From Bacillota bacterium (GTDB lineage: Bacteria > Bacillota > Clostridia > Lachnospirales > Lachnospiraceae), in NCBI GenBank assembly GCA_023435895.1, contig JAEZLH010000021.1:13997-77996 (forward strand): DNA of 64,000 bases. Direction: 5' to 3'. The position numbers and the translations under genes are program-made. The notes below the pieces were generated by a model. The model searched no databases, had not been told where the DNA came from, and saw only the letters and a program-made list of their open reading frames with translations. This document shows positions 49,743 to 61,100 of the stretch, in pieces (the stretch's first letter is position 1; each line of letters opens with the position of its first letter).

Positions 49743-51161
49743 ATGAAAATAATATACAGAATTATAATGCTCATCTTGGTGGTTTCAATTCTAACCTCTT
49801 GCGGGCAGTTAAGAAGGCAAAAAAAATTATTGAACCCAGATAATCCGATAACCATATCTGTATGGAACTATTATAATGGGTCGGTGAAAGAAAAGTTTGA
49901 CTCCTTGGTAAATGAATTCAATGAGACAGTGGGAGCTGAGAACGGCGTAGTTGTTGAAGCGCAAAGCTATGGAGATGTGAATGAACTGGCTGAGTCCGTA
50001 TACAATTCTGCCAATAAATCAATGGGTGCACTTCCGATGCCCCACATTTTTGCAGCTTACCCGGACAACGCCTTTCGTATTGATCAGGTTTCAGAATTGG
50101 TCGATTTAGAAAAATATTTTAATCAGGATGAACTTTCTCAGATTAGACCGGAATTCTTGAAAGAAGGAAGATTTGGGAATGACAAAGGGTTGAAAATTCT
50201 TCCGATTGCAAAATCAACTGAGGTATTGTATTTAAATAAGAGTTACTGGGATAGCTTTGCAGATAAAAGTGGTGCAAAACTTGAAGATCTTAAAACTTGG
50301 GAAGGATTAATCAAAGTAGCAAAGCAATACTATGAGAAAACGGGTAAGGCTTTTTGCAGTATCGATGCCAATGCGAATTATATGCTAGTCTCCTCCATGC
50401 AGATGGGAGATGAAATTTATCGCTATGAAGGAGATCGTGCCGAGATTAATCTAAAAGATGAAAATGCTTATCGAATTTGGAAGAATTATTATATCCCTTA
50501 TGTTAGCGGTTATTTTGTTAAAACAGGACGTTTCAGTTCCGATGATGTAAAAACAGGTGCGGTCATTGCTTATACAGGCTCTACGGCAGGTGCATCCTAC
50601 TTCCCATTAGAAGTGGCTAAGGATGACAAAGCAATTCCGATTGAGGGAATTACTCTGCCCTATCCATATTACGAAGGCGGCAAGCCCTATGCAATTCAAC
50701 AGGGAGCAGGGATGTGTATTTCAAAAAGTGATGAAGCTCATGAATATGCTTCGGCACTATTTTTAAAATGGTTCATTGATGTATCACGTAATGTTCAGTT
50801 TGCAGTATCAACGGCTTATCTTCCTGTAAAAACAGAGGCACTAAATTCCGAACGGATACTTGATGAGGTAAAAAAATCAGGAAGCGAAAACCCAGCGGTC
50901 GTTCATACAATCAATACATCAATGGAAATGTTTCATAATTATACACTTTATGGAAATCAACCATTTCTCGGCAGCTACAATATGAGAGTTCTGCTAGAAG
51001 ATAGTTTGCTTCAGCGTTGCAAAGCTGACTCACAGAAGTTGAAGGAGAGAATAGCGAACGGTGAAGAAAGAGAAGATGTATTAAAAGAGTTAACCTCGAA
51101 GAAGGATTTTGAAGATTGGTATCAAGGGTTTTTGGGAAGCGCAGCGAAAATACTTAAGTAA
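49743..51161 (+). CDS. Extracellular solute-binding lipoprotein
   Basis: Lipobox LTSC, KSTEVLYLNK, QQGAGM, TAYLPVK. Confidence 0.85.
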   Translation: MKIIYRIIMLILVVSILTSCGQLRRQKKLLNPDNPITISVWNYYNGSVKEKFDSLVNEFNETVGAENGVVVEAQSYGDVNELAESVYNSANKSMGALPMPHIFAAYPDNAFRIDQVSELVDLEKYFNQDELSQIRPEFLKEGRFGNDKGLKILPIAKSTEVLYLNKSYWDSFADKSGAKLEDLKTWEGLIKVAKQYYEKTGKAFCSIDANANYMLVSSMQMGDEIYRYEGDRAEINLKDENAYRIWKNYYIPYVSGYFVKTGRFSSDDVKTGAVIAYTGSTAGASYFPLEVAKDDKAIPIEGITLPYPYYEGGKPYAIQQGAGMCISKSDEAHEYASALFLKWFIDVSRNVQFAVSTAYLPVKTEALNSERILDEVKKSGSENPAVVHTINTSMEMFHNYTLYGNQPFLGSYNMRVLLEDSLLQRCKADSQKLKERIANGEEREDVLKELTSKKDFEDWYQGFLGSAAKILK

Positions 51162-51176
51162 TAAACGGAAGGCCGA

Positions 51177-53327
51177 ATGTCTATGAACCTATGGATGAAA
51201 AATCGAAAATCAATTAGATTTCGGGTAACAGCGTTAATCATTATTCTCATTATTGTTCAAGCTTCGTTATTAGCGATTTTTTTGGTAATTGGAGGGGTGT
51301 TAAAACAGGCAGAGAAAAATGCCTTTTCTTCTTTCTCTGATAAAGTAACAAACCGAAGAGACTACTTACAACGAGAGATGAATTTTAATTGGGCGAATCT
51401 GGATCCTTATGTGGATCAAATATCGGATGAATATTATGACATTAATAACCCGGACGAATACTTTAATAATATCAGCAACTATTTGATTTCAATGTTGCGG
51501 ACAACGCAGGCAACCGGAGCTTTTGTAATCTTAGATGAAGGTGGTTCATCCACCATAAAGCCCGCTCTCTATATCAGAGATTATGATCCGAACCTGAATG
51601 ATTACGGAAATAAAGATTTATATTTAATTCATGGGCCTTCTAACTTGGGGAATAAATTACAGATTCCCTTGGATCAGATGTGGAAATATAATATAGATTT
51701 ATCCCATGTGAAAAGAGAATTTTATGATAAACCTCTATCAAAGGCATCTTTAACCGAGGACAGCAAGCTTTTGGGATATTGGAGCAAACCCTTTCAACTA
51801 TTTTCGGGAGATAGTTCAATTATTACCTATACGATTCCTTTGTTCGATGAACATCACAATGCAATCGGTGTGATTGGGGTAGAAATATCAGAACAACAGC
51901 TATGTAAGTTTCTCCCGCCCACGGAATTGGAGAGAAAGGATTCCTATGGCTATTTTATTGCATATCAGGAAGAGGGGGAGAGTAGTTATGTACCTCTTAT
52001 CTTAAGTAAAGCAATTCAAAAACGTCTCTTCAAGGGAAAAGATAATATTAGTTTCAATTCCGTTGACTCAAAGATTGGAATTGAAAAGTTAAAGAATTCA
52101 AATTCTTACACCAATATCTATTTATCCATGGATGAGTTGAACTTATATCAGCCGAATACTCCATTTTTGGATAATCATTGGTATTTGGTTGGTATGATGA
52201 GTGAGAATCATTTATTTAGCTATGTTAGAAGGATTCAAACTATCCTATGGGTGGCTACAGTTGCTTCTGTAATCATTGGAGTAAGTGTGGGCTATATCGT
52301 GAGTCATCAATTTACGAAACCGATATCAAGATTGGCAAAGGAAGTAAGGGAATCCAACAAGGGGCAAAGACTGGAATTGATAGAAACTGGTTTGACAGAA
52401 GTGGATGAACTGGCCAGTGCCATGCAGATGGCAAGTAATGAATTACTGGATTCTACGGTGAAAATGTCTAAAATTATTGAGTTGGTGGGTCTGCCAATCG
52501 GAGCCTATGAATATTCCGAAAGTAAGGACACCGTTTTTATCACGGACAGGTTGCATTCCATCCTGGCTCTAAGCCAGCAAGAGATGGATGAGCTAGTTAA
52601 TGATAAGAGTCTATTTATTGAAAAAATCGGTGAAATTCTTGCATCACCTGACGAAGAGGAAGAAGATATCTATGTTCTTGACTTAAAGCCAAAACGATGG
52701 ATTAAGATGAAATACTTAGCAAATAATAAGTCAACAATCGGAATTATCATTGATATGACGGATGAAATGCTAGTGAAAAAGCAAATGATACAAGATAGAG
52801 ATATTGATTCACTTACGGGTATTTATAGTCGAAAGGCAATGCAAGACCATATTGAGAATGCAATCTTAACACGGAATAAGGGGTTGAGTTCTGCTCTTTT
52901 GATGTTTGATCTTGATAATTTAAAATTAATTAATGACACCTATGGACACAAATGGGGTGATAACTATATTCGCCATGCAGTACATCGCCTTACTAAAATC
53001 AGTGAAAAAAATATGATTTTAGGCAGACGATCAGGAGATGAATTTACTTTATTGCTATATGATTTCTCTTCCAAGGGAGAGATTAAGAATCTTATACTAG
53101 AATTTTTTGAGGCGCTTCATCAAAATACCTTGATATTTCCAGGTGGGGAGAAGAAGCAAGTCTCTGTATCAGCAGGTCTGGTGTGGCTAAATGAAACAGA
53201 TTGTTCCTATGATGACTATCTTCAAAAAGCGGATGAAGCGTTGTATCAGGCTAAGAAGAAAGAAAAGGGATGCTGTTATGAGTACGAATCAATGATAGCA
53301 ATTGATAGTGATTCCTTTAAAGAATAG
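51177..53327 (+). CDS. Membrane-bound diguanylate cyclase (extracellular sensor, HAMP, GGDEF)
   Basis: Two TM segments, KPISRLA...TEVDELA, DSLTGIYSR, DLDNLKLINDTYGH, RRSGDEF. Confidence 0.88.
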   Translation: MSMNLWMKNRKSIRFRVTALIIILIIVQASLLAIFLVIGGVLKQAEKNAFSSFSDKVTNRRDYLQREMNFNWANLDPYVDQISDEYYDINNPDEYFNNISNYLISMLRTTQATGAFVILDEGGSSTIKPALYIRDYDPNLNDYGNKDLYLIHGPSNLGNKLQIPLDQMWKYNIDLSHVKREFYDKPLSKASLTEDSKLLGYWSKPFQLFSGDSSIITYTIPLFDEHHNAIGVIGVEISEQQLCKFLPPTELERKDSYGYFIAYQEEGESSYVPLILSKAIQKRLFKGKDNISFNSVDSKIGIEKLKNSNSYTNIYLSMDELNLYQPNTPFLDNHWYLVGMMSENHLFSYVRRIQTILWVATVASVIIGVSVGYIVSHQFTKPISRLAKEVRESNKGQRLELIETGLTEVDELASAMQMASNELLDSTVKMSKIIELVGLPIGAYEYSESKDTVFITDRLHSILALSQQEMDELVNDKSLFIEKIGEILASPDEEEEDIYVLDLKPKRWIKMKYLANNKSTIGIIIDMTDEMLVKKQMIQDRDIDSLTGIYSRKAMQDHIENAILTRNKGLSSALLMFDLDNLKLINDTYGHKWGDNYIRHAVHRLTKISEKNMILGRRSGDEFTLLLYDFSSKGEIKNLILEFFEALHQNTLIFPGGEKKQVSVSAGLVWLNETDCSYDDYLQKADEALYQAKKKEKGCCYEYESMIAIDSDSFKE

Positions 53328-53433
53328 TTGGTTAGATTTATCACGTTAAAAGAGTTAAAAGGGATAGGGATAGGAACTGTTGGGATGGATCTTGGAACAG
53401 TTGTTGACCCAAGTAAAATGCAGTTATAATTTT

Positions 53434-53470
53434 AGGGCAACTGGAAGTTTAAACATCAGTTGCCCTTTTT
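53434..53470 (+). terminator. Intrinsic terminator
   Basis: AGGGCAACTG...CAGTTGCCCT followed by TTTT. Confidence 0.75.
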
Positions 53471-53709
53471 CTGTTGCAGATATTAACCAGCACGTATCTG
53501 TGGAAATAATTAAATCTTAAAATTGGTATTCACTATAGAAAAGTTTGTATAAATTGGTTGTTGGAAGCATGGTGGTTTTGGTTTACAGTTTGTTTCATAG
53601 GAGAAATGCTAAACTAAAAATTACATAATATGTATATTGTGTTTGAAACTGGGATTCCATTCATGTATGATTAGAATGTACAAGAATTTATCGAAGGGGG
53701 AATGAGTAG

Positions 53710-55956
53710 ATGGTAAAAATATTAGATAAGGATAAGGCACTAAAAGCAACGCTTTCATTTGTAGGGGCTTCGGCTTTTGGTTTCGCGGGAGCCATAGTAG
53801 GTGGGGTTGGAAAAGGAATACTGACTAATATATTCGGATCTTCAGTGGATGTAGTAACGGGTATTCTTACGAATTATGCTTATGATTATTGGAAGGGAAG
53901 CTCTTCTCCCATAAGAAAAAAGTCAGAGTTTGAATTGGAGAAGGCAGTGATTATCGCTGTAGCTGAGAGTGTTGCAGAGAGCAAAACCCATCCTAAAATA
54001 ATGGAGTATGAAAAGGATTTGAGTAAAAATATAGATAATGGATTTTGCAGTACAAAGAGTGATGAGGTGGACAAAATCCAATTCTTCTATAAATATTGGG
54101 ATGATATTTTGATAGCAGAAGGCATAAATCATACAGAATGGAATCAATTTTTTGAAGGAATGGACTATTCGAACATATTAATGAGAGATCAAAATAGTCA
54201 ACTGCTTCAAGATGGCTTACAACATATTATTTTCTCCAATGTAAATATAGAGATGAAAATAAGCTTTAGAGAGTGCATAAAGGAAATTATATGCCCTATT
54301 TTTGAAGATAAGTTTGTAAAGATAATCGCAGGGGATGAGTATTGTAAAATAAGAGTTATGTTGGAATATCAATTTACAGTTGAATTAAACAAAATGATTT
54401 CCCAACTACGCAAAGATGTGTCTACAAACGGAGAAGAACTCAAAAAGTTAAAATTGGCATCAGAGATATTAATGGACAAACTAAGTGAGTTAGGGGGAAC
54501 CATACTGGAATTATATCATAACTCTAATATGACCTTGGAGTATGTAACAGAACTTAGAAGCATGTTGGCAGAGGTTCTTAAGATTGTAAAGACTAACCCA
54601 ATACAGGAGAAACAGCTACATAATAAAATAAACATGGTAATCGATGAAAAAGAAGAATTACCTGTGGAACTAATTCGCAATACGGATACAAGGCTGCAAG
54701 GAGAAGTCTTTGCCGTTGAGTTGTTAACAAAACCAATCATTATTAGACGTGATAAGATAAATGGTCGCTTCAGTGTAACGATTAATCGGAGTGAGGTTGA
54801 GAAATCTATAATCTCCACAGCTGCAAAAACGGAATTGTGTAAAAAGTATGTTAAAGACAGGGTTGGATTAGAAGAACTGGACTATGAAATTCACCAGTTT
54901 ATGTTGGGAAACAGTCAGGAAGAAGAATTTGTTATTGATCTTCCAGCGCTGGGTATACCGCTTCGGTGGGCTTCTGGAGGCGTGCTATCTGTTGTAAATA
55001 TAGAAAGAGATAACCAACTGGAAAAATGGACACCTTTCTTCTTTCGGGATATTGATCCCTATGGATGGAATATCTCATTAGGGTCGTCAGAGAGACAATT
55101 TAATGAACAGAATAAGTGCACTAAACAAATCGAAGAGGAGCTGAATTACCCCTGGTCATTTATCTATAGAGAATTTATGGAGGAAACTCTTATCTTAGAA
55201 AGTAAGCCAGCACCGGACAAAACAGGTAGCTATAAGAGATTCTACTTTGGGGAAGAATTAGCGAAGAAGCAGCAAAAAGAAGCCTATCAGTTTTCAAAGG
55301 AACATATTAGTATGAGGAGAGAAGAGGAAGGGCTTTTATTTAAAATGTCCAAAGCAAATACCAATAGCATGACAAATGATTCACTGGAGGTACAAGCTGC
55401 TTCGACCAATATTGATTTGATAGTAATAGATCGCTTCGGGAACGTATGTAAAATGAAGAATGTTCTTGTTACCTTCAACCTTTTGGAATTGGGGATAGAG
55501 ATTATTAAAGTATTAGAATATACATTGGAAGACCATAATTATATATTAGACGGCGAAGTGCTTTATCGAAAAAATGGGCAGAAAGAGTTAGTTCGTATGC
55601 CCTGTGCACTGATCTCGCATGAAGCGTTAAAAAGATCCTTTGCACCAGATAATTATTCACCAAGATATACTTCAGATATTCAACCGACTTATATTGCAAA
55701 TAATATCAATAAGGATGAAATTAAAATATATGAGTGGGATATCGATCAGAGGGAAAAAAGAATGAATGCCTCCAGTAGTCAAGTGAGCGAAGCCGAGAAA
55801 CAAAGATATCGCAATTCTTATCATCGATTTGAAGGAGTATTTAAGAATCGAACTTATCGACTGGGAGAGATCCCGAATTATTTTATACCCGGTACAGCAA
55901 AGGCGTTGAGTTTGTATTTTTCACCCATTGAAAAAAAGAATTTTAACGAAAAATAA
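53710..55956 (+). CDS. Hypothetical 748-aa protein: Gly-rich hydrophobic N-terminus, helical/coiled-coil middle, divergent Nudix-like C-terminal domain
   Basis: Long ORF with GAAGGGGG RBS; SGGVLSVV...FFRD...GWNISLGSSE...YREFMEET. Confidence 0.6.
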   Translation: MVKILDKDKALKATLSFVGASAFGFAGAIVGGVGKGILTNIFGSSVDVVTGILTNYAYDYWKGSSSPIRKKSEFELEKAVIIAVAESVAESKTHPKIMEYEKDLSKNIDNGFCSTKSDEVDKIQFFYKYWDDILIAEGINHTEWNQFFEGMDYSNILMRDQNSQLLQDGLQHIIFSNVNIEMKISFRECIKEIICPIFEDKFVKIIAGDEYCKIRVMLEYQFTVELNKMISQLRKDVSTNGEELKKLKLASEILMDKLSELGGTILELYHNSNMTLEYVTELRSMLAEVLKIVKTNPIQEKQLHNKINMVIDEKEELPVELIRNTDTRLQGEVFAVELLTKPIIIRRDKINGRFSVTINRSEVEKSIISTAAKTELCKKYVKDRVGLEELDYEIHQFMLGNSQEEEFVIDLPALGIPLRWASGGVLSVVNIERDNQLEKWTPFFFRDIDPYGWNISLGSSERQFNEQNKCTKQIEEELNYPWSFIYREFMEETLILESKPAPDKTGSYKRFYFGEELAKKQQKEAYQFSKEHISMRREEEGLLFKMSKANTNSMTNDSLEVQAASTNIDLIVIDRFGNVCKMKNVLVTFNLLELGIEIIKVLEYTLEDHNYILDGEVLYRKNGQKELVRMPCALISHEALKRSFAPDNYSPRYTSDIQPTYIANNINKDEIKIYEWDIDQREKRMNASSSQVSEAEKQRYRNSYHRFEGVFKNRTYRLGEIPNYFIPGTAKALSLYFSPIEKKNFNEK

Positions 55957-55972
55957 AATATTATGTTATAAT
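55943..55972 (+). promoter_or_regulatory. Putative promoter of jetABC (extended -10)
   Basis: TGTTATAAT at 55964-55972; weak -35 TTAACG. Confidence 0.5.
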
Positions 55973-56041
55973 AGACAAGATATAAATGGCCTTCTAATGA
56001 TGGGATTGCCAGCGAAACCAATTAATAAAGGAAATGGACAA

Positions 56042-57433
56042 ATGAACGAATTAAAGAAGATACCTCAGGAGTTTTGGAATCTCTTTCGGAGTACGAACCG
56101 TTATATCTACATAGAGTCGTTGATTGTAATTTACGAGGAATATCTGTATAATGATTATTTTCTTACCAGAGAGACAGGAATTCGTTTGCTGTCAGAGTAT
56201 TTTGAAGATAGAATCATTGATGTTTCTGGTGATGAGGAAGAGTTTGATGCTGATTTGAATGAGCCTGCCTCCATGAAGATTATCAATAAACTTACCTCCT
56301 TTGGATGGATTAGGAAAGTAGAAGATTATGTTAATTTTAAAACAAATATTGTTATTCCCGATTATGCCTCCACGATGATTGAAGCATTTATTGCCATGGA
56401 TCATCCGGATTCTCAAGAAACCGATATTCAAATACAGAATATTTTCTCTAATCTTTATTCCTTCTACTACGACAAAAAGCTTGGAATAGAGATGTTAATC
56501 AGTGCAAGACTAAATGCTACAAAATTGAACCGCTCCCTGCAGAATATGCTGCACAATATGGACCGGTTCTTTGAAAGTCTGCTTAAGAAGACGACCTATG
56601 AAGAGGTATTATCAGAGCATCTGGATGTATTTGTTGAAACAGAAATTAATCGAAAGTATGCACTTTTAAAAACAAGTGATAATTTTTATAAATACAAAAA
56701 CGACATTAAGGATTTGCTTCATCTACTTCAACAGGACGAAGAGAGGATTTATCTCTTAAAAAGAAAGGCAACCTTAGAAAAGCCGGACAAGGCTTTGGAA
56801 GAAGTTGATATGGAGTATCATGATTTGATTTATGAAATTGATCGAAGCATTAGTAATATCGAAAATCGTATTGCAAATATTGATGCGGAGCATTCCAAAT
56901 ATATCAGGGCTACCGTAAGTAGAATGGAATATCTTCTGTCCAGAGATCAGAATTTAAAGGGGAATTTGGTTACTTTGTTAAATCTCCTATCAGAACAAGG
57001 TGGCGAAGGGATTACAAAGAAGATTTCAGGCAAAATTCGGCTTAATGATCTTTGGGTCAATTCAGAGGAAGCCTTCTATAAGAAACGACTTAAGAAAAGT
57101 CCGTTGGAAGAAGAGAAGGAACCGGAGGAACCCCTGGAAGAGGAGTTATCCAAAGAAGAGATACTTAGAGCGAATAAGAGTAAAGCTAGATTTAATAAGG
57201 CACAGATAGAGGGTTTTGTGATCAGTAAAATGAAGGATGGAATTTACAGGGTTAGTGATTATCCGGTTAATTCTAAGAATGAATTTGAGCTGTTAATACT
57301 GGCATTTGACTATAGCTACCGGGTAAAAAGCCCGTTTGAAGTCATCAGAGAGGATGATGAAATGATTGTGAATGGGGATTACCGATATCCAAAAGCAGTA
57401 TTTAGGATGAAAGAGAAGCCCATTGGAGTTTGA
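56042..57433 (+). CDS. jetA: Wadjet JetA-like kleisin subunit (DUF5716-like)
   Basis: IPQEFWNLFRSTNRYIY, LTSFGWI, LKTSDNFYKYK; position before DUF4194-like and SMC genes. Confidence 0.78.
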   Translation: MNELKKIPQEFWNLFRSTNRYIYIESLIVIYEEYLYNDYFLTRETGIRLLSEYFEDRIIDVSGDEEEFDADLNEPASMKIINKLTSFGWIRKVEDYVNFKTNIVIPDYASTMIEAFIAMDHPDSQETDIQIQNIFSNLYSFYYDKKLGIEMLISARLNATKLNRSLQNMLHNMDRFFESLLKKTTYEEVLSEHLDVFVETEINRKYALLKTSDNFYKYKNDIKDLLHLLQQDEERIYLLKRKATLEKPDKALEEVDMEYHDLIYEIDRSISNIENRIANIDAEHSKYIRATVSRMEYLLSRDQNLKGNLVTLLNLLSEQGGEGITKKISGKIRLNDLWVNSEEAFYKKRLKKSPLEEEKEPEEPLEEELSKEEILRANKSKARFNKAQIEGFVISKMKDGIYRVSDYPVNSKNEFELLILAFDYSYRVKSPFEVIREDDEMIVNGDYRYPKAVFRMKEKPIGV

Positions 57434-57547
57434 TCTGTTACATAGCGCACTCGATGCTTTATGCAAATTGCCAACGAACTGTGTTAAAAGGGTTTTCGAT
57501 ACACTACTTATTATAAGTATTAGTTACAGAGGAAAAGGAGTAAAAAT

Positions 57548-58192
57548 ATGCTGGCATATTATAACAGCTTAATGGATGAAGAACGGCCGAAGGTTACGGA
57601 AGTAATTAAGAAACTCTTAAGCCAAACCTATATTATGGAACGCAAATACGATAAGAGGACAGAGCGTCATATGATCAACGAGGATTATCGCATTTGTGAA
57701 CGCCATATGGATTTTTTAAAGGACTATTTTAGTGCTGCTGATATTGATTTGTTCGAAAATCGCCAATATAACATTATTTATATAAAAACACCCACGCTTC
57801 AGGGAGAGAAAATATCACCTCTTTCCACTTATTTTATACTGTTGCTAAAGGTGATTTATGATGAGCAAATGAATGCAATCTCTAACTCTATTCATGTGTA
57901 TACAACACTGGGGGCATTGAGTGAAAAGATACAGCTATTCCGCCTTTGGAAGGGTAGAATGGGTATTACAGAAATGAAGAAGAGTATAGCGTTTTTAAAA
58001 AGATATCAGATTGTTGAGGTGTTGGATGAGGTCAATGATCTGGATAGCGATATTCGATTCATTATTAATCCCATCATCAACTTATTGTTTGATAACAGAG
58101 AGATTATGGAAGTTATCAAGCAATATCAGGAGGGAGAGGAGGAAGAGGATGAACAACAGATTTTTGGCAATGACGAAGATGTGCTTGAATAA
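57548..58192 (+). CDS. jetB: Wadjet JetB-like KITE subunit (DUF4194-like)
   Basis: LLSQTYI, DYFSAADIDL, LLLKVIYDE, FIINPII; overlaps the SMC gene start. Confidence 0.8.
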   Translation: MLAYYNSLMDEERPKVTEVIKKLLSQTYIMERKYDKRTERHMINEDYRICERHMDFLKDYFSAADIDLFENRQYNIIYIKTPTLQGEKISPLSTYFILLLKVIYDEQMNAISNSIHVYTTLGALSEKIQLFRLWKGRMGITEMKKSIAFLKRYQIVEVLDEVNDLDSDIRFIINPIINLLFDNREIMEVIKQYQEGEEEEDEQQIFGNDEDVLE

Positions 58193-61100
58193 TTGGCACT
58201 ATATCAATAAACGAGTTTTAAATTACAGTCAGGTTGTTAACTTCTTCACAGGACATTCGGGAAGCGGTAAATCAACGGTAATTGACGCACTTCAAATGAT
58301 TTTTTATGCGGATACCACGGGCAGGGGCTTCTTTAACAAAGCGGCAAAGGAAGATTCTAACCGAACACTGATTGAATACCTTCGGGGTATGATTCAGATT
58401 GAAGAAAATAACAGTATTAAGTATTTGCGTAACCGAAATTTCTCCTCTACCGTAGTGCTGGAATTTGAGGATACACAGACGAAAAGCTGCCAATGTATTG
58501 GTGTAGCCTTTGATGTGGATACCAGCAATAATATGATTACCAAGCAATGGTTCTGGCATGGAGGCTCCATTCCGGAGCATCAATATCGTAATGAGGAAGA
58601 GAAGGCCTTCAATATCGCAGAATTAAAGGATTATCTAAAGAAGAATTATCCCCAGGATGAATATTTCTTTACTTCAACGGATGGCAGATTTCGAAATGAA
58701 ATCTATAATAATTATTTTGGCGGTCTGCCGGATGAGCGCTTTATTGCTTTGTTCAAAAAAGCGATTCCCTTCAAGATGGATATGAAGTTAGATGATTTTA
58801 TTAAGAATTATATCTTTACAGAAGTAAATATTCGAATTGATGATATGAAGGACAGTGTGGCACAGTATTCCAATCTAAAGCTGAAGTTGGAGGATACCAG
58901 AAGAGAAATTGACCTTCTTCTTGATGTTCAAAACCAATACCGTAAGTATGAACAATGCTGTGATAAGGAACTCCAATATGGATATAATCTTGATTGTTTG
59001 GAGATTAAGTTGGCGAAGCAAAATATAGAGTATAACCAATCACAGCTTGAGACACTGGACAAGGATATTCTATCATTGAAAGAAACTGCCGGTAGATTAA
59101 CAGACCAAATAAAAACCATGCAGCTGGAGAGGGATGAGGTAGCAGGCTTTATTCAAAATAGTGGCTATACCCATCTTTTGGAGCAGCTTAAACTGCTAAG
59201 TCAAAATATTGATATGCTTGGAAGATCAAAGGCAAGGTATGACCAGATAGCCCATAAGCTCGGGGCATGGGAATCTACGAATCTACTGAAGTCTTCTACC
59301 ATAGAGGCAATTAAGAAGTTTGGTAATTATAATACAGAGATAACAGAAATGGAAGCAATCAGAAGTGATATTAATGAAGTAAAAGAGGCATTGGAAGAGG
59401 AAAAAGCGGAATGTAATAAAGAGCTTCATTTTCTGAAAGAAACCATTCGTGACACCGTAAATGAGATTGAGCTTTTACAGAAAGGACAAAAAAACTATTC
59501 CCAGGTACTGCTGGAAACAAAGCAGAAACTCACCCAAATGCTTTCAGAATACTATGGGAAGCATATTCAAGTGGATATACTTGCGGATGTAATCGAGGTG
59601 GAAGATGAGAGCTGGCTGAATGCGGTGGAAGGCTATATGGGAAATCAAAAGACAGCCTTAATGATACATCCCGACTATACTAAAAAAGCCATGGACTTCT
59701 ACCGTGCTCTTGACCCTAAGAAGTACCATCAGGTGGCCGTAGTTGATACCGAAAAGGTATTACATTATACGAAAACTCCCATGGAGAATTCTTTGGCACA
59801 GGAAGTAAGCGCGAACGAAGACTATGTGAGGGCTTATCTGGATTATTTGTTAGGCAGAGTGATCAAATGTAATTCCACGGAGGAATTAAAAGAAAATCAA
59901 AGTGGAATCACTAAGGATGGTGTTCTTTATCAGGGCTTTAAGCTGCAGCATATAGACCCCAAAAAATATACGGAGTATGCATATATCGGTCAGGGGGCAA
60001 TTATTAAGAGACTTGAGGGAGCCAAGGAGAAACTTGCAAAGCTAAATGAAGAAAAATCGCCAATCGAGCATAGAAATCGGGAGTTATCAGAAATCCTGTC
60101 CTTTGAAGACTTTCAACGAGTTGAGGAATATGTGGAATGGAGTAAGGATATTGAAGCTCTGATTAAAGCAGAGAGAGAAAGATCTGAGTGCCAGAATAAA
60201 ATTGAAGAATTGAAGGCTACGGATCTGGAAATCTGGCAGACAAAGCTCAAAGAGTTAGAGAAGGTGTTGGAGGAATCCAGAACACGTAAGAGTCAGGCAG
60301 AGGGATATGCGGTTGCAAAGGGTAATAAGCAGAAAGAAATTTCGGAGTTATTGATTACCTTACATGAAGAGCTAATGGAAAAAACAAAGTTATTTGTACC
60401 GGATGAAGTCAGGGATAGTGCTTATGAGGCATTTATGCAGGAACAAGCCGGCAAACGCTCAGATTACATCAAACAAAGGTTGTATAACGAGCTGGAAGAG
60501 ATAAAGAACCGAAAGGATCAGGAATATACTTCTTTAATAGAGAGACGTCAGGGTCACTATGATTGTTATAGCTATCGTGGATTTTCCGTTACCAGCAGGG
60601 ACAATGAGGATTATGAAAATCTTCTTGCCATATTAAGTAGTGAAAAGCTGGTGGAGTTTACAGAGAAAGCCAATCGTCAGGCACAGATTGCAATCAAACA
60701 TTTTAAATCGGACTTCGTATATAAAATCAGAGCGGCAATTCAGGATGCACAAAAGCAGAAGAATGATTTGAATCAGGTGTTAGAGCAGCTGGACTTTGGT
60801 AAAGACAAGTACAGCTTTAGTGTTACGAAGAATACCGGTGAAGAAGGCAAGTTCTATGAGATGTTTATGAATAAGGATTTGGAGATTAATCCAAAGCAAC
60901 TGGATCATAATATGGATGGCCAAGTAGATTTGTTCAGTATGAGCCATGAAAATGAATATAATGAAATCATGAATGAATTACTGGAGATGTTCATGCCTCC
61001 TGCTAACAGTGATGCTAAGACCTTAGAGACAGCTCGTGCTAATATGGAACGTTATGCGGACTATCGGACCTATCTAACCTTTGATATGAATCAAAGAGTG

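Noticed and set aside
57434..57547. 114-bp gap between jetA and jetB as a jetD remnant or RNA element
   Set aside because: No convincing ORF, Toprim motif or strong structure.
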